A stretch of 64,000 nucleotides of DNA from NCBI GenBank assembly GCA_002504405.1, contig DARO01000006.1:19189-83188 (forward strand), in the 5' to 3' direction. This DNA comes from Methanomassiliicoccaceae archaeon UBA71. Its GTDB lineage: Archaea > Thermoplasmatota > Thermoplasmata > Methanomassiliicoccales > Methanomethylophilaceae. The position numbers were made by a program, and so were the translations under genes. Under the pieces are notes generated by a model. That model did not search any database and was not told the origin of the DNA. It was given only the letters and a program-made list of their open reading frames with translations. Below, one piece after another: positions 30,308 through 40,287 of the stretch. Every line of letters begins with the position of its first letter. The stretch's first letter is position 1.

Positions 30308-30709
30308 TCAGATCTTGTCGCCGGCGTGAGGCCCGGGGGTCACATAGTAGACCTCCTCGACCTTCATCTTCACCAGGTTCTTGGCAGGAAGTGTCTCCTT
30401 CTTGGCGTGGGCGAAGGCGACAGCCTTCTCATAGTCCTCCCCGGAGTTCTCGATGGTGAGGGTACCCTTGACCTGCCAGGACTCGGGGCTCTCGGGGGTC
30501 CATACATAGAACGACGCCTTGGGGTTCTCCTTCATGTTCGCGAGGGTCTTCTTGAAGAAGTTGTCCACGATCCAGATGTTCCCGTCCTCGGCGAGGAACA
30601 GCATTCCTACGGGCACCACATTGGGGATCCCGTCCTTGGAGGCCGTAGCCAGGGAGAAGATCTTCTGGTTCTTCATCTGCTCAGCAATCTCAGGGGTTAT
30701 CTGTGCCAT
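30308..30709 (-). CDS. Pyridoxamine 5'-phosphate oxidase-like FMN-binding protein
   Basis: LATASKDGIPNVVP and KTLANMKENPKAS motifs. Confidence 0.85.
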   Translation of the reverse strand: MAQITPEIAEQMKNQKIFSLATASKDGIPNVVPVGMLFLAEDGNIWIVDNFFKKTLANMKENPKASFYVWTPESPESWQVKGTLTIENSGEDYEKAVAFAHAKKETLPAKNLVKMKVEEVYYVTPGPHAGDKI

Positions 30710-30841
30710 GGTGTGAGGAATCCACTCCGTTCTATTAATACAGGTGGCTGAGGATGGCCATTCTTCCACCATACTATCGTTATCCTAATTGTACTGAAAT
30801 CCCTATTACCTAATATATAGAGGAAGGGGAATACACGGGCC

Positions 30842-32032
30842 ATGGCAGGGCACAGGCTGTTCACGAGCACATTTCTCCTCGACACAGCCATATCGTTCTG
30901 CTGCTGCCTCAACTACTTCACGCTCCTGATCAATATCACCGGTTTCTCGGTCGCGGAATTCGGGGCGTCGTCGGCGGAGGGCGGCCTCGCTGCAGGCATC
31001 TACGTCATAGGCGGCCTCCTTTCGAGGCTGCTCCTCGGAAAGTACATCGAGCTCGTCGGGAGGAAGAAGATGCTCTGCATAGGGCTTTGTCTGGCATTGG
31101 TCATGTCCTGCACTTACTTCTTCGTCTCTTCGATGGTGATGCTGTACTTCATAAGATTCGCCCACGGCATCAGCTACGGGCTGAGCAGCTCGTGCACCAA
31201 CGACATCGTCGCGAAGATCGTGCCTCCGGAGAGGAGGGGCGAGGGCATGGGCTACTTCCTGCTCAGCATAACGGTGGCGACCGCGATAGGTCCGTTCATC
31301 GGGATGGAGTTCGGCCACGGCGGGAACTACGATGCCGTGTTCAGCGTCGGCCTGGTGATGTACTCTGCCGCGCTTGCCCTCGCTCTGATCATGAAGGTGC
31401 CGGAGGAGACACTCACGGAGCAGCAGGTGGAGGAGGCCAAGAGCTTCAACCCCAGAAACCTGATCCAGTTCTCCGCGGTGCCCCTGGCCGCCACGTGCAT
31501 GGTGTTCTACTTCGGATACTCGGGAGTGCTGTCGTTCATCTCGTCCTACTCATTGGAGATAGGCCTGGAGGAGGCCGCCACCTACTACTACCTGGCAGTG
31601 TCCCTCGGAACGCTGGTGTCCAGGCTGACCACGGGGAAGCTCTACGACACCCGCGGACCGAACATCGTCATGATACCGGGCTATATCGCGTTCATAATTG
31701 GGATGCTGATATTCTCCAGGACATCGGATGCCGCCCTGTTCCTGTCCGCGGGCTTCGTCATGGGATACGGCGTGTCCATCATCTACACGATCTGCCAGGC
31801 GATCGTCATCACCAAGAGCACGGCCCACAGGTACGGTGTCACCACATCGACCTTCGCAGCGGTGGTGGACCTCGGGAGCGGACTCGGGCCGTCGATCCTC
31901 GGTCTGCTGATATCCTCCATCGGATACCGCGACATGTACCTGAGCTGCTGCCTGATAGCGGTGGTCAGTCTGGTCATGTACTGGACCATCCATGGGAGGA
32001 GGGTCACTAAGCGCGCCCTCAGCAAGGCATGA
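30842..32032 (+). CDS. MFS transporter
   Basis: 12 TM segments, ELVGRKKM loop motif and PPERRGEGMGY. Confidence 0.88.
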   Translation: MAGHRLFTSTFLLDTAISFCCCLNYFTLLINITGFSVAEFGASSAEGGLAAGIYVIGGLLSRLLLGKYIELVGRKKMLCIGLCLALVMSCTYFFVSSMVMLYFIRFAHGISYGLSSSCTNDIVAKIVPPERRGEGMGYFLLSITVATAIGPFIGMEFGHGGNYDAVFSVGLVMYSAALALALIMKVPEETLTEQQVEEAKSFNPRNLIQFSAVPLAATCMVFYFGYSGVLSFISSYSLEIGLEEAATYYYLAVSLGTLVSRLTTGKLYDTRGPNIVMIPGYIAFIIGMLIFSRTSDAALFLSAGFVMGYGVSIIYTICQAIVITKSTAHRYGVTTSTFAAVVDLGSGLGPSILGLLISSIGYRDMYLSCCLIAVVSLVMYWTIHGRRVTKRALSKA

Positions 32033-32105
32033 CCTCGCATGATGTCCCGTATAATCCGAGGCATCCTTCGAAATCAATATAGCATCCGTCCCCATAGCTC
32101 GGCCC

Positions 32106-33053
32106 ATGTTCGAGAACGCCGAGCAGGACTACTCGCTCACGAGGAAGATCAACCTCGTGTTCAGGTTCAGCTACACCATCCCGTTCGTGCTGGCCTCGCT
32201 CTGCGGTACCGTGCTTGCCGTCGGGTACGGGGGGCCGCTCTACATCTACGCCGCCATACCGTGCGCCGTGCTGCTGCTCGGGATCTTCGTGAACTTCTCA
32301 AACGACTACTTCGACCACGAATCCGGGGTGGACGCGGTGAGGTTCAGAAAGGCCATGGAGGTGAACAAGGACTCGGACATAATCAGGAAGCTCTACTGGG
32401 ACGGTAACCAGTTCGACAACGGGAACATCTCGGAAAGGGAGGGAAGGATCCTCATGGCCGTCATAATGATCGCGGCCGTGCTCGTTGCCATCCCCATCGT
32501 CATCTACAACCCGCTTTGGGCGCTCATATTCGGAGCGGCGGGGCTCTTCCTGGCGTACTTCTACACAGCCCCTCCTGTGAACCTGGGGGGCCGCGGGCTG
32601 GGGGAAGCGGCGGTCGCGGTGTCCTTCTTCATGATGTCGTTCTGCCCGTACTTCCTGATCACGGGGACGGTCTCCATCGAGTCCGTGTCGATGTCGGTCG
32701 TCGTGGCACTGCTCGTCGCCCATATGAGGACGGTTGACTCGGCGACGGGTCAGGAGACCCATCTGGAGATAGGCGACAGGTCGATCTCCACGATGTTCGG
32801 CATGGATGCCGTGGCATGGCTGTCCAAGGCGGTGATTGTGACTGCCTACGCCCTGGTGGCGCTTATGGCTGCACTGCTCGATCCGCTCTACCTTTTGGCC
32901 TTCATCACCCTGCCATTCAGCATCAAGGCATGGTCCGTCGTGTCCAGCAAGGGACCAGGCTGGGAGTTCAGGACCGCCCCTCTGTTCTTCGGCATCGCAG
33001 TCGTTACCGAGGTGGCGTTCATCGCTATTGTAGCCCTTCAGACGGTCCTCTGA
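32106..33053 (+). CDS. UbiA-family prenyltransferase (MenA-like)
   Basis: NFSNDYFDHESGVD aspartate-rich motif, YTAPP(V)NLGGRGLGE and multiple TM helices. Confidence 0.8.
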   Translation: MFENAEQDYSLTRKINLVFRFSYTIPFVLASLCGTVLAVGYGGPLYIYAAIPCAVLLLGIFVNFSNDYFDHESGVDAVRFRKAMEVNKDSDIIRKLYWDGNQFDNGNISEREGRILMAVIMIAAVLVAIPIVIYNPLWALIFGAAGLFLAYFYTAPPVNLGGRGLGEAAVAVSFFMMSFCPYFLITGTVSIESVSMSVVVALLVAHMRTVDSATGQETHLEIGDRSISTMFGMDAVAWLSKAVIVTAYALVALMAALLDPLYLLAFITLPFSIKAWSVVSSKGPGWEFRTAPLFFGIAVVTEVAFIAIVALQTVL

Positions 33054-33991
33054 CCTCGCTTCTTACCGCTAAGGGCGAAAGTGGGGGCCAGCTCAAGGAT
33101 GGTCCTCGGATCCCCCCTCTTGACCAGCCTGTATTCACGGGCAGCGGCGAACCCGCAGTGCCTGCAGGATTCCGGATTGGAGCGCATGGGACAGCCCTTG
33201 GCATGGCTTCCATCTGGCAGCGTGAAAACGGTTAGATCGATCGGACAGCTGTCCGTCCAGTCCTCCACCAGGAGGTCCCTGAGACCCTTCCTTGAGTTCA
33301 GAATCGGGAACCCCTCGTCCTTCAGAGCAGATATCTCCTCCACTGCTCTGCGCCTCTCATCTGGGGAAAGGGCCTGGTCCGCTGGCGGGGGAGTGATGAA
33401 ATTGAACACTATACCGTCCATGCGGGGATTCTGGCGGACGATCTCCGCCGTCTCCCTAATGTGATCGATGTTGGTCTTCTGGACAACCATGTTGGCGAAC
33501 ACGGATCCATCGAACTCCAGAGAGGCCAGATTGTTCATCAGCGTATCGAAAACGCCCTCCTGACGGATCGCATCATGGACATCCCTCGGCCCGTCCAGGC
33601 TCACCGAGATGGTATCGGATGCCGTGCATATCCTCCCTGTGCCGTTGGTCGTGTATCCGGTGTTGAGGTATCCGAGGGACTTGGCGAAAGTTATGAGATC
33701 CTCGAGGCGGCGTTCGCCGTCGCTCCACATCGTCGGCTCCCCTCCCTCGAAGTATGCGATTCTGGCACCCTGCTTGTACCTCGTCCTCAGGTCCTCGCAG
33801 ATCTCATCGTAGGTGAGGGAGTTCTTAGGCGGGAGCGTGCCCGCATCGAGCTGCCTGGCTATATCGCAGTGCCTGCAGCGGAGGTTGCAATTGAGATGGA
33901 TCATCATTGTGGTGACGAGAGGACGGTCCCTGTCGATTTTGGAGCCGAGCCACCATCCCGCATAGCCAGAGAACTCCTTCAGATTGCCCAT
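33038..33991 (-). CDS. Radical SAM protein
   Basis: CNLRCRHC, FEGGEPT and TTNG motifs with a Cys-rich C-terminal extension. Confidence 0.9.
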   Translation of the reverse strand: MGNLKEFSGYAGWWLGSKIDRDRPLVTTMMIHLNCNLRCRHCDIARQLDAGTLPPKNSLTYDEICEDLRTRYKQGARIAYFEGGEPTMWSDGERRLEDLITFAKSLGYLNTGYTTNGTGRICTASDTISVSLDGPRDVHDAIRQEGVFDTLMNNLASLEFDGSVFANMVVQKTNIDHIRETAEIVRQNPRMDGIVFNFITPPPADQALSPDERRRAVEEISALKDEGFPILNSRKGLRDLLVEDWTDSCPIDLTVFTLPDGSHAKGCPMRSNPESCRHCGFAAAREYRLVKRGDPRTILELAPTFALSGKKRGQRTV

Positions 33992-34144
33992 GCGTGACTG
34001 ATGCCGCACATCCTATAATGGGGTTGCGGAGATCAGCAGCGCATTCCCCGCAGACCTTCCCCGATCAGACCCCGGAGGATCTCCAACGATTCCGAAGGAT
34101 TGCTTGGAATGTTCGGGTTCCATATGGATCGGAGAACCGCCCTG

Positions 34145-34780
34145 TCAGCTGATCGGCCTGCGCCCGGTGACTATGTAGTACTCGTCGTCATCCACCTCCA
34201 GCTCTGTCTCCAGGCCGTTCATCGACATCATGCGGGCCATCAACCCGGCATCCGGAAGGTAATCCGCACATATCGCCTCGCCGCCCTCGCGGTGTATGGT
34301 GTTTATATGCTCCCTCGAGGAGGAGTGGGCTATGCAGAGCCTGCCCCCCGGGACCAACGACCAGGACAGTATCCTGATGGCGGAAACCGGATCTGGGAAA
34401 TGAGGGAAGCAGGAATAGCAGACGACCAAGTCGTAGGCCCCGGAGTCCCTGATGTCGTACAGGTCCTGGACCCTGAAACTTAGTCTTTCCGATTCTGGGA
34501 ACTTGCTCCTGGCGACCTCGATCATGCGCTCGGAGTAGTCCAGTGCGGTTATATGGCCGCCTTCCATCCCCTCCATGTAGTATGGTATCATTACGCCCGT
34601 CCCCGTACCGACATCCAGTATGCGCATACCGTCGCGGATTCCCAGCAGGGAGACGATGTGTCTGACCTTCTCGGGATCGTGGGACGATGTGGAGTCCCAT
34701 TGATCCGCCCTGCTGTTGAAGAACTCCATCTGCTTCGGGTTCCTCCTCCTTCTTGACAAGAATTCATCTAGCTCATCCAT
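34145..34780 (-). CDS. Class I SAM-dependent methyltransferase
   Basis: ILDVGTGTG, LDYSERMI and YDLVVC motifs. Confidence 0.9.
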   Translation of the reverse strand: MDELDEFLSRRRRNPKQMEFFNSRADQWDSTSSHDPEKVRHIVSLLGIRDGMRILDVGTGTGVMIPYYMEGMEGGHITALDYSERMIEVARSKFPESERLSFRVQDLYDIRDSGAYDLVVCYSCFPHFPDPVSAIRILSWSLVPGGRLCIAHSSSREHINTIHREGGEAICADYLPDAGLMARMMSMNGLETELEVDDDEYYIVTGRRPIS

Positions 34781-34784
34781 GAAA

Positions 34785-35540
34785 TCACATCCTGGGGACG
34801 ATGACTGGCACCCCTTCCACCTCCCCCATGCTCACATCTATTCCGTAAACGTCCCTGATCGCCTCGGGGGTGACGACCTCCCTCCCGCCGGCGGCGTAGA
34901 CCGATCCTCCGCGCATGAGGACGAACCTGTCGCTGTATCTGAGTGCCAGATTGATGTCGTGGTTGGTCATCACCGCAACCATCCCGTTCACCTTGGCGAT
35001 ACCGGATATCGTGCTCATCACGAGATGCTGATTGGAAAGGTCCAGATTGCTTGTCGGCTCGTCCAGGAGGATCACCCGGGGATGCTGGACGACCGCCCTC
35101 GCTATCTGCACCAGCTGGTATTCCCCTCCGCTTATCTCGTTGACCCTGCGATCGGATATGCCCGAGAGGCCCATCAGATCGACCACCCTCCCGGTCAGAC
35201 GGATGTCCGACTCGGACACGTCCATGCCCATGTGCGGCCTCCTGCCGATCAGAACGGATTCGAACACCGTGCTCCCGGAGACGTGCGCCCTCTGGGGGAC
35301 GTAACCGATCACCCGCGCGACATCCCTCGGCCTCATGGACATGACATCGTCCCCGTCCACCTCCACAACCCCCTCGGAAGGATCGTGTATGCGATTGATG
35401 CACTTGAGCAGGGTAGTCTTGCCTGTGCCGTTGGGGCCGAGAATCGATACGAGCTCCCCCGGGAGGGCAGAGAAGCTCATCCCGGAGATCGTCTCCTCGG
35501 AGGAGTATGAGAACCTTATCCCGGCGACATCCAGCATCAT
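34785..35540 (-). CDS. ABC transporter ATP-binding protein (iron/cobalamin type)
   Basis: GPNGTGKT, ISGGEYQ and LLDEPTSNLD motifs. Confidence 0.93.
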   Translation of the reverse strand: MMLDVAGIRFSYSSEETISGMSFSALPGELVSILGPNGTGKTTLLKCINRIHDPSEGVVEVDGDDVMSMRPRDVARVIGYVPQRAHVSGSTVFESVLIGRRPHMGMDVSESDIRLTGRVVDLMGLSGISDRRVNEISGGEYQLVQIARAVVQHPRVILLDEPTSNLDLSNQHLVMSTISGIAKVNGMVAVMTNHDINLALRYSDRFVLMRGGSVYAAGGREVVTPEAIRDVYGIDVSMGEVEGVPVIVPRM

Positions 35541-36622
35541 CTGCGATACCTCCTTACAAGCAGGTATATGAAGGCGGGGCCTCCGAGCAGAGAGGTCAGC
35601 AGCCCCACGGGCAGGACCATAGGGAGGACCACGTTCGCCGCAACGGTCTGGGCAGCGAGCATCAGGCATGCCCCCATCGTCACGGACAGAGGGAGCAGGT
35701 ACCTGTGATCGTCACCGACCAGCATACGAGCCATGTGCGGGCCAAGAAGCCCCACGAAGGCGATGACGCCGAATCTGCAGACCATCACCGCCGACAGAAG
35801 GGCGGACAGTACCAGGCCGATCATGAGGAAGGACCCGACGTTGACCCCCAGCCCCTGAGCGACCTCGTCTCCGGCATTCATGGCGTTCATATCCCACCGC
35901 CTCATGTAGAAATATGCGAAGGAAGCGACCAGAACGATGATGATCGCAGCATCCCATCCAATGGTGGCATACGAGACGCTACCGAACGTCCAGGAAACGA
36001 TCGTGCTTAGCTGCACCGGATCCGCCAGGTACTGCATGAGGGTCAGTCCCGCGGAAAAGATCGCACTTACGGCTATCCCCGCCAACACCATGGTCTCGGA
36101 GGACACGCGCGTGACACGTGTCAGAAGGATGATGATTCCCGTGGCCACCATCGAGAATGCGAAGGCCGACATGGGGACGGCCACATCCGATAGGACTCCG
36201 GAGAGCACGGCTCCGCTCTGAAGGAATATCACGGAGAAGGCGGCACCGAAGGCGGCCGCATTCGAGAGTCCCAGGGTGTATGGTGACGCCAGCGGGTTCT
36301 TCAGAATGCACTGCATGACCGCACCGGCCAGGGACAGCCCTGCCCCCACCGCGACGGCCGCCAGTAGCACTGGGACGTCCAGATTCCAGACATACCTGCC
36401 GGGCAAGGATGACGTGTCGTGCGTCAGGAGGGATGCGAGGACGTCCCAGGCGGGGTACCCGCTATTGTTCACCAGTATCGCGGACAGGAACAGGGCAACT
36501 AGGGCGGTGAGGGATGCCAACAGTATGCGGGACCTCCCCCTGGAGGATTCCGAATACACCGACTCTGAATCGGGGACGGCTACTGCATCCTCGTAGACCC
36601 GGTAGTCTCTAGACCTGTCCAT
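35537..36622 (-). CDS. FecCD-family ABC permease
   Basis: KNPLASPYTLGLSNAAAFG, AQGLGVN and GVIAFVGLLGPHMAR motifs. Confidence 0.92.
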   Translation of the reverse strand: MDRSRDYRVYEDAVAVPDSESVYSESSRGRSRILLASLTALVALFLSAILVNNSGYPAWDVLASLLTHDTSSLPGRYVWNLDVPVLLAAVAVGAGLSLAGAVMQCILKNPLASPYTLGLSNAAAFGAAFSVIFLQSGAVLSGVLSDVAVPMSAFAFSMVATGIIILLTRVTRVSSETMVLAGIAVSAIFSAGLTLMQYLADPVQLSTIVSWTFGSVSYATIGWDAAIIIVLVASFAYFYMRRWDMNAMNAGDEVAQGLGVNVGSFLMIGLVLSALLSAVMVCRFGVIAFVGLLGPHMARMLVGDDHRYLLPLSVTMGACLMLAAQTVAANVVLPMVLPVGLLTSLLGGPAFIYLLVRRYRR

Positions 36623-36629
36623 GAATCGT

Positions 36630-37721
36630 TCACCAGTCGAGGCTCGAATATCCGGTCTGGAATCCGCATAGGGTGTCGTAGTCCACATCTGAATCCGGGT
36701 AGAACAGGTCCAGGATCATGTTCGCCTTCTCCGCCACATCATAGTCGAAGACGGGGGGATCGATCACGCTTCCTATGAAGTAGGCGTTCATGAGCTCTGC
36801 CTCCCAGTTGGTGCCGTAGTACTTGTACACCAGGGTGGAGTAGAGCAGTCCGTCGGAAACAGCCGGAAGGGCAGATAGGACGTTCCTGTTCTGCTCGAAG
36901 GTAGCCTTGCTTCCTGACAGGGTCATGGAGTCCACGAACATCAGCTCCGCACCGCTGGAGGCGATCTCCTTTATGCTGGTCAGGTACGGGTTGCCGGAAT
37001 TGGCATCGGGCATGGAGTTGCCCGCGCCCACATAGTCGAAGGGCGCATAGTTGCCTGTTGTCATGTCGAGGCCGCCCTTCATCATGTAGAACATGCCGCC
37101 GATGTAGCACTTCGGCTCGACAACGGACGAGCTTCTGTATGACGAAAGCTCGGAGAGAATGGCGTCCTTCCCCTTGATTAGCTCCTCTGCCCTGCTCTCC
37201 AGCCCCAGGGCCTTGCCGAGTATCCTGAGGTTGCTGTCGAACCCTTCATCGTCCACATCGATATTGCCTGCTGCGGTGACCGCGATGACCGGGATGCCTG
37301 TGTTGAGCTGAAGGGTGTCCACCTGGGTTTTGTCGGTCAATGACGTGACTATGAGGTTGGCTCCCGTGGAGATTATCCCCCTGAAGTTCTCTTCGCTTCC
37401 GACGTTGGTAATCCTGCTGAAGTCGTATGCCACCCGGTAGGTGGCCATATGGTAGTTGGCCGGAGAGCCTATGGCCCCAGAATCCTGATCGTCGACGCCG
37501 ACAATGCGGTCGTATGCTCCGAGATAGCAAACCAGTCTGGATGATCCTGCGGAGAGGCATACGACCTTGTCCGCATTCTCCGGAACTGAGACCGTCCTCC
37601 CGAGCGCGTCGGTGACAGTCTCATCCCCCCCACGATCATCGCCTCCGGACATGTACCAAACCCCGATGCCCGCAGCGAGTACGATGGCGATAACAGCCAC
37701 AGCCAGAACCTTACTGTCCAT
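36630..37721 (-). CDS. ABC substrate-binding protein (FepB/BtuF class III)
   Basis: N-terminal anchor, VTDALGRTVSVP and KVVCL motifs, in an operon with the permease and ATPase. Confidence 0.88.
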   Translation of the reverse strand: MDSKVLAVAVIAIVLAAGIGVWYMSGGDDRGGDETVTDALGRTVSVPENADKVVCLSAGSSRLVCYLGAYDRIVGVDDQDSGAIGSPANYHMATYRVAYDFSRITNVGSEENFRGIISTGANLIVTSLTDKTQVDTLQLNTGIPVIAVTAAGNIDVDDEGFDSNLRILGKALGLESRAEELIKGKDAILSELSSYRSSSVVEPKCYIGGMFYMMKGGLDMTTGNYAPFDYVGAGNSMPDANSGNPYLTSIKEIASSGAELMFVDSMTLSGSKATFEQNRNVLSALPAVSDGLLYSTLVYKYYGTNWEAELMNAYFIGSVIDPPVFDYDVAEKANMILDLFYPDSDVDYDTLCGFQTGYSSLDW

Positions 37722-37731
37722 TGAATCACCT

Positions 37732-37792
37732 TAGTAATATTAATTTTGATTTCGTAATACTGAATATTATCAATTCGTATTTAATATTACTA
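37732..37792. promoter_or_regulatory. AT-rich operator-like inverted repeat upstream of the ABC operon
   Basis: TAGTAATATTAA-N37-TTAATATTACTA perfect 12-bp inverted repeat, with internal GTAATAC and ATATTAT half-sites. Confidence 0.5.
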
Positions 37793-37859
37793 CGGGACCA
37801 TGAGGAAAAGATTCGGAAGTCGGACCCGATGATTGCGGCCATGCCGCTTGAATGTAAAG

Positions 37860-37888
37860 TAAAAAAAAGATCGGGCATACGCCCGATT
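37860..37888 (-). terminator. Intrinsic-type terminator of sstT
   Basis: ATCGGGC-GTAT-GCCCGAT followed by a T-run on the minus strand. Confidence 0.7.
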
Positions 37889-37894
37889 GTGGTT

Positions 37895-39133
37895 TCAGAA
37901 CCTGAACTCTCTCGCCTCGCCAGTCTTCCTGCACTCGGAGACTTCGGAAACGGCGGTGTAGAAGACGTCCGCCGAGGAGTTCAGCATCGTCTCCACGGAA
38001 TCCTGTATGACTCCGATGACGAATCCGACGGCGACCATAAGCATCGCGGTGTCCTCGGGGATGCCCAGGAACGAGCATGCCATGGGGATGAGGAGCAGTG
38101 AGCCCCCGCTCACGCCTGACGCTCCGCATGCGGCTATAGTGGCCAGTATGCATAACGGCAAAGCGGTGAGCATGGGCACGTCCATACCCAGCGTGAATGC
38201 TGTGCACAGGGTCATGATCGTTATCGTGACGGCGGCGCCGTTCATGTTGATGGTGGCACCGAGGGGGATGGAGACGGAGTAGAAATCGCGGTCCAAACCC
38301 ATCTTCTCGCAGAGCGCCATGTTCACGGGAATGTTGGCCGCCGAGCTCCTGGTGAAGAACGCTGTTATACCGCTCTCGCGCAGGCATCTGAGGAGCAGCG
38401 GATAGGGGTTCCTCCGCATGATCGTTCCGTCGATGATCGGATTGGTAATCAGCATCACGATGAGCATGCATGCCACCAGGATGAGGATGAGCGACCCGTA
38501 GTCGACGAAGATCCCCATCCCATTGTCTGAGACTATGCCGTAGACGATACCCAGAACTCCGATGGGCGCGAACTCGATGATTATGCGGACGACCTTCGTT
38601 ATGATGTCGGCCACATCCCCGGAAAGGTCCTTGACCTTCTGCGAGCCTGTCGACCTCAGGACCAGTCCTATCAGGATGGACCAGAACAGGATCCCCAGGT
38701 AGTTCCCGTTCATCAGGGACGTCAGGGGATTCGCGACCATGTTGACGAGAAGGTTGGAGATGAAGGTCGAGATGTTTTCCGGCGGGTTGAGCTCGTCCGT
38801 CTGGTCAGGGAAGGTAACGGTGACCGGGAACGAATAGAACATGATGGTCGAAACGATTGCCGCCACGACCGTGCTCCCTATGTACAGTATAATGACTGTT
38901 CTGAAACGCGGACCGAGACCGACTCCTGAGCCTGCTATCGATCCGATAATCAGGAAGAACACCAGGAACGGTGCGATCGCCTTCAATGCGCCGACGAACA
39001 TATCCCCCGGGAGCGACAGCAGGGCGATGCCCGGAACCAGGAGGGCAAGGGCAACCCCGATCGCCAGTCCAGCGACTATACGGAGGATGAGGCTGATGGA
39101 CGTCCAACGCTCATAGGCCTCTCTGAGCTTCAT
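37895..39133 (-). CDS. sstT: Serine/threonine:Na+ symporter (DAACS family)
   Basis: FVGALKAIAP, AFFTRSSAANIPVNM, PLGATINMNGAA and ACGASGVSGGSLLLIP motifs. Start MKLREAYE at 39133. Confidence 0.9.
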   Translation of the reverse strand: MKLREAYERWTSISLILRIVAGLAIGVALALLVPGIALLSLPGDMFVGALKAIAPFLVFFLIIGSIAGSGVGLGPRFRTVIILYIGSTVVAAIVSTIMFYSFPVTVTFPDQTDELNPPENISTFISNLLVNMVANPLTSLMNGNYLGILFWSILIGLVLRSTGSQKVKDLSGDVADIITKVVRIIIEFAPIGVLGIVYGIVSDNGMGIFVDYGSLILILVACMLIVMLITNPIIDGTIMRRNPYPLLLRCLRESGITAFFTRSSAANIPVNMALCEKMGLDRDFYSVSIPLGATINMNGAAVTITIMTLCTAFTLGMDVPMLTALPLCILATIAACGASGVSGGSLLLIPMACSFLGIPEDTAMLMVAVGFVIGVIQDSVETMLNSSADVFYTAVSEVSECRKTGEAREFRF

Positions 39134-39208
39134 GCGCGGATTATTCCGGTCCAACATTAGAAACCTTCGTACCATCGAAACCAAGGAAACCATGCGGAGA
39201 AGCCCTCG

Positions 39209-39292
39209 ACCATCCGGTTCGAGCGGGGATTCCCGGATGGTTAGGAAAGGGTTTATCCCGCACCACTGCCGGGATCCGGACGGGTGCGGGAT
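39209..39292. terminator. Two tandem hairpins after the ankyrin gene and upstream of sstT
   Basis: ACCATCCGG/CCGGATGGT (39209-39241) and ATCCCGCACC/GGTGCGGGAT (39255-39292). Confidence 0.45.
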
Positions 39293-39300
39293 GAGGAACC

Positions 39301-40287
39301 TCAGCCCTTGGCACCCGCGATCAGGAGCTGCTCCACTATCTCCGTGAAGCCCGCCTCGGACGCGTAGTGCATCGCTGTGTAACCGTCGTTGTCCGCCGCA
39401 TCGGGATCCGCCCCGTTCTGGAGCAGCATCTCGGTGAAGTCGTTCCTGCCGTTCCTGGCCGCTATTATCAGCGGGGTGAATCCATCTCCGTTCTTGGAGT
39501 TGATGTCCGCACCAGCGGAAATGAGAGCCTTGCCTATGTAGTGGCTGCCATCCGCTGCCGACACATGGAGTGGCCTGTCCCCGGAGTTCAGGCTGAGGTC
39601 GCTGTTGGCGCCGGCCGCCAGGAGCATCTCCACCACGTTCAGCATGCCGCGGTGCACCGCCAGGAACAGGGCGGTCTCCCCGTCGTCGTTGAGGGCGTCG
39701 ACATCGCATCCCTCCTTGTCCAGGAGAACGCGGACGACCTCGCTCTGACCGCTCCAGCAGGCCTGGTGGAGGGGCGTGTTGCCTGAGGAGTCCGTTGTCC
39801 CGACGGGACAGTTCTCCGACAGTGCGGACACCAGGGACTTGAGGCCCTTCGAGGTGGCGTAGTCCAGTGTGTTGTGACCGTCGTTGTCCTTCGTGGAGGG
39901 GTCCGCTCCGAGTGACAGCAGATGCATCGCGGCCTCGGTCTTTCCCTCGATAGCCATGAGGATCAGGGGGCTGCGGCCGTTCTTGTCCGTGGCGTTGACA
40001 TCCGCACCGGCGTCAACGAGCATGCTGATGATCTCCTTGTTGCCGTTCTTAGAGACGAGATGGAGGGGCGTGGTGCTGTCGTTGGATGCGGAGCATACAT
40101 CGGCGCCGTTGTCCAAGAGGAGCTTCACGATGTCCCTCGCGCCCCTCTGGCATGCGAAATGTAGGGGCGTCAGCCCTGCGGGGTCCCTCTTGTTGACGTT
40201 GACCTCCCCCCTGGCGATGAGGGTCTGGGCCACGCCCTTCTGTCCGTTCTTGCAAGCATTCAGAAACATGTTGTCCATCTGAGACAT
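39301..40287 (-). CDS. Ankyrin repeat protein
   Basis: About 9 repeats of GxTPLHxA...LLxxGAD. Confidence 0.93.
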   Translation of the reverse strand: MSQMDNMFLNACKNGQKGVAQTLIARGEVNVNKRDPAGLTPLHFACQRGARDIVKLLLDNGADVCSASNDSTTPLHLVSKNGNKEIISMLVDAGADVNATDKNGRSPLILMAIEGKTEAAMHLLSLGADPSTKDNDGHNTLDYATSKGLKSLVSALSENCPVGTTDSSGNTPLHQACWSGQSEVVRVLLDKEGCDVDALNDDGETALFLAVHRGMLNVVEMLLAAGANSDLSLNSGDRPLHVSAADGSHYIGKALISAGADINSKNGDGFTPLIIAARNGRNDFTEMLLQNGADPDAADNDGYTAMHYASEAGFTEIVEQLLIAGAKG

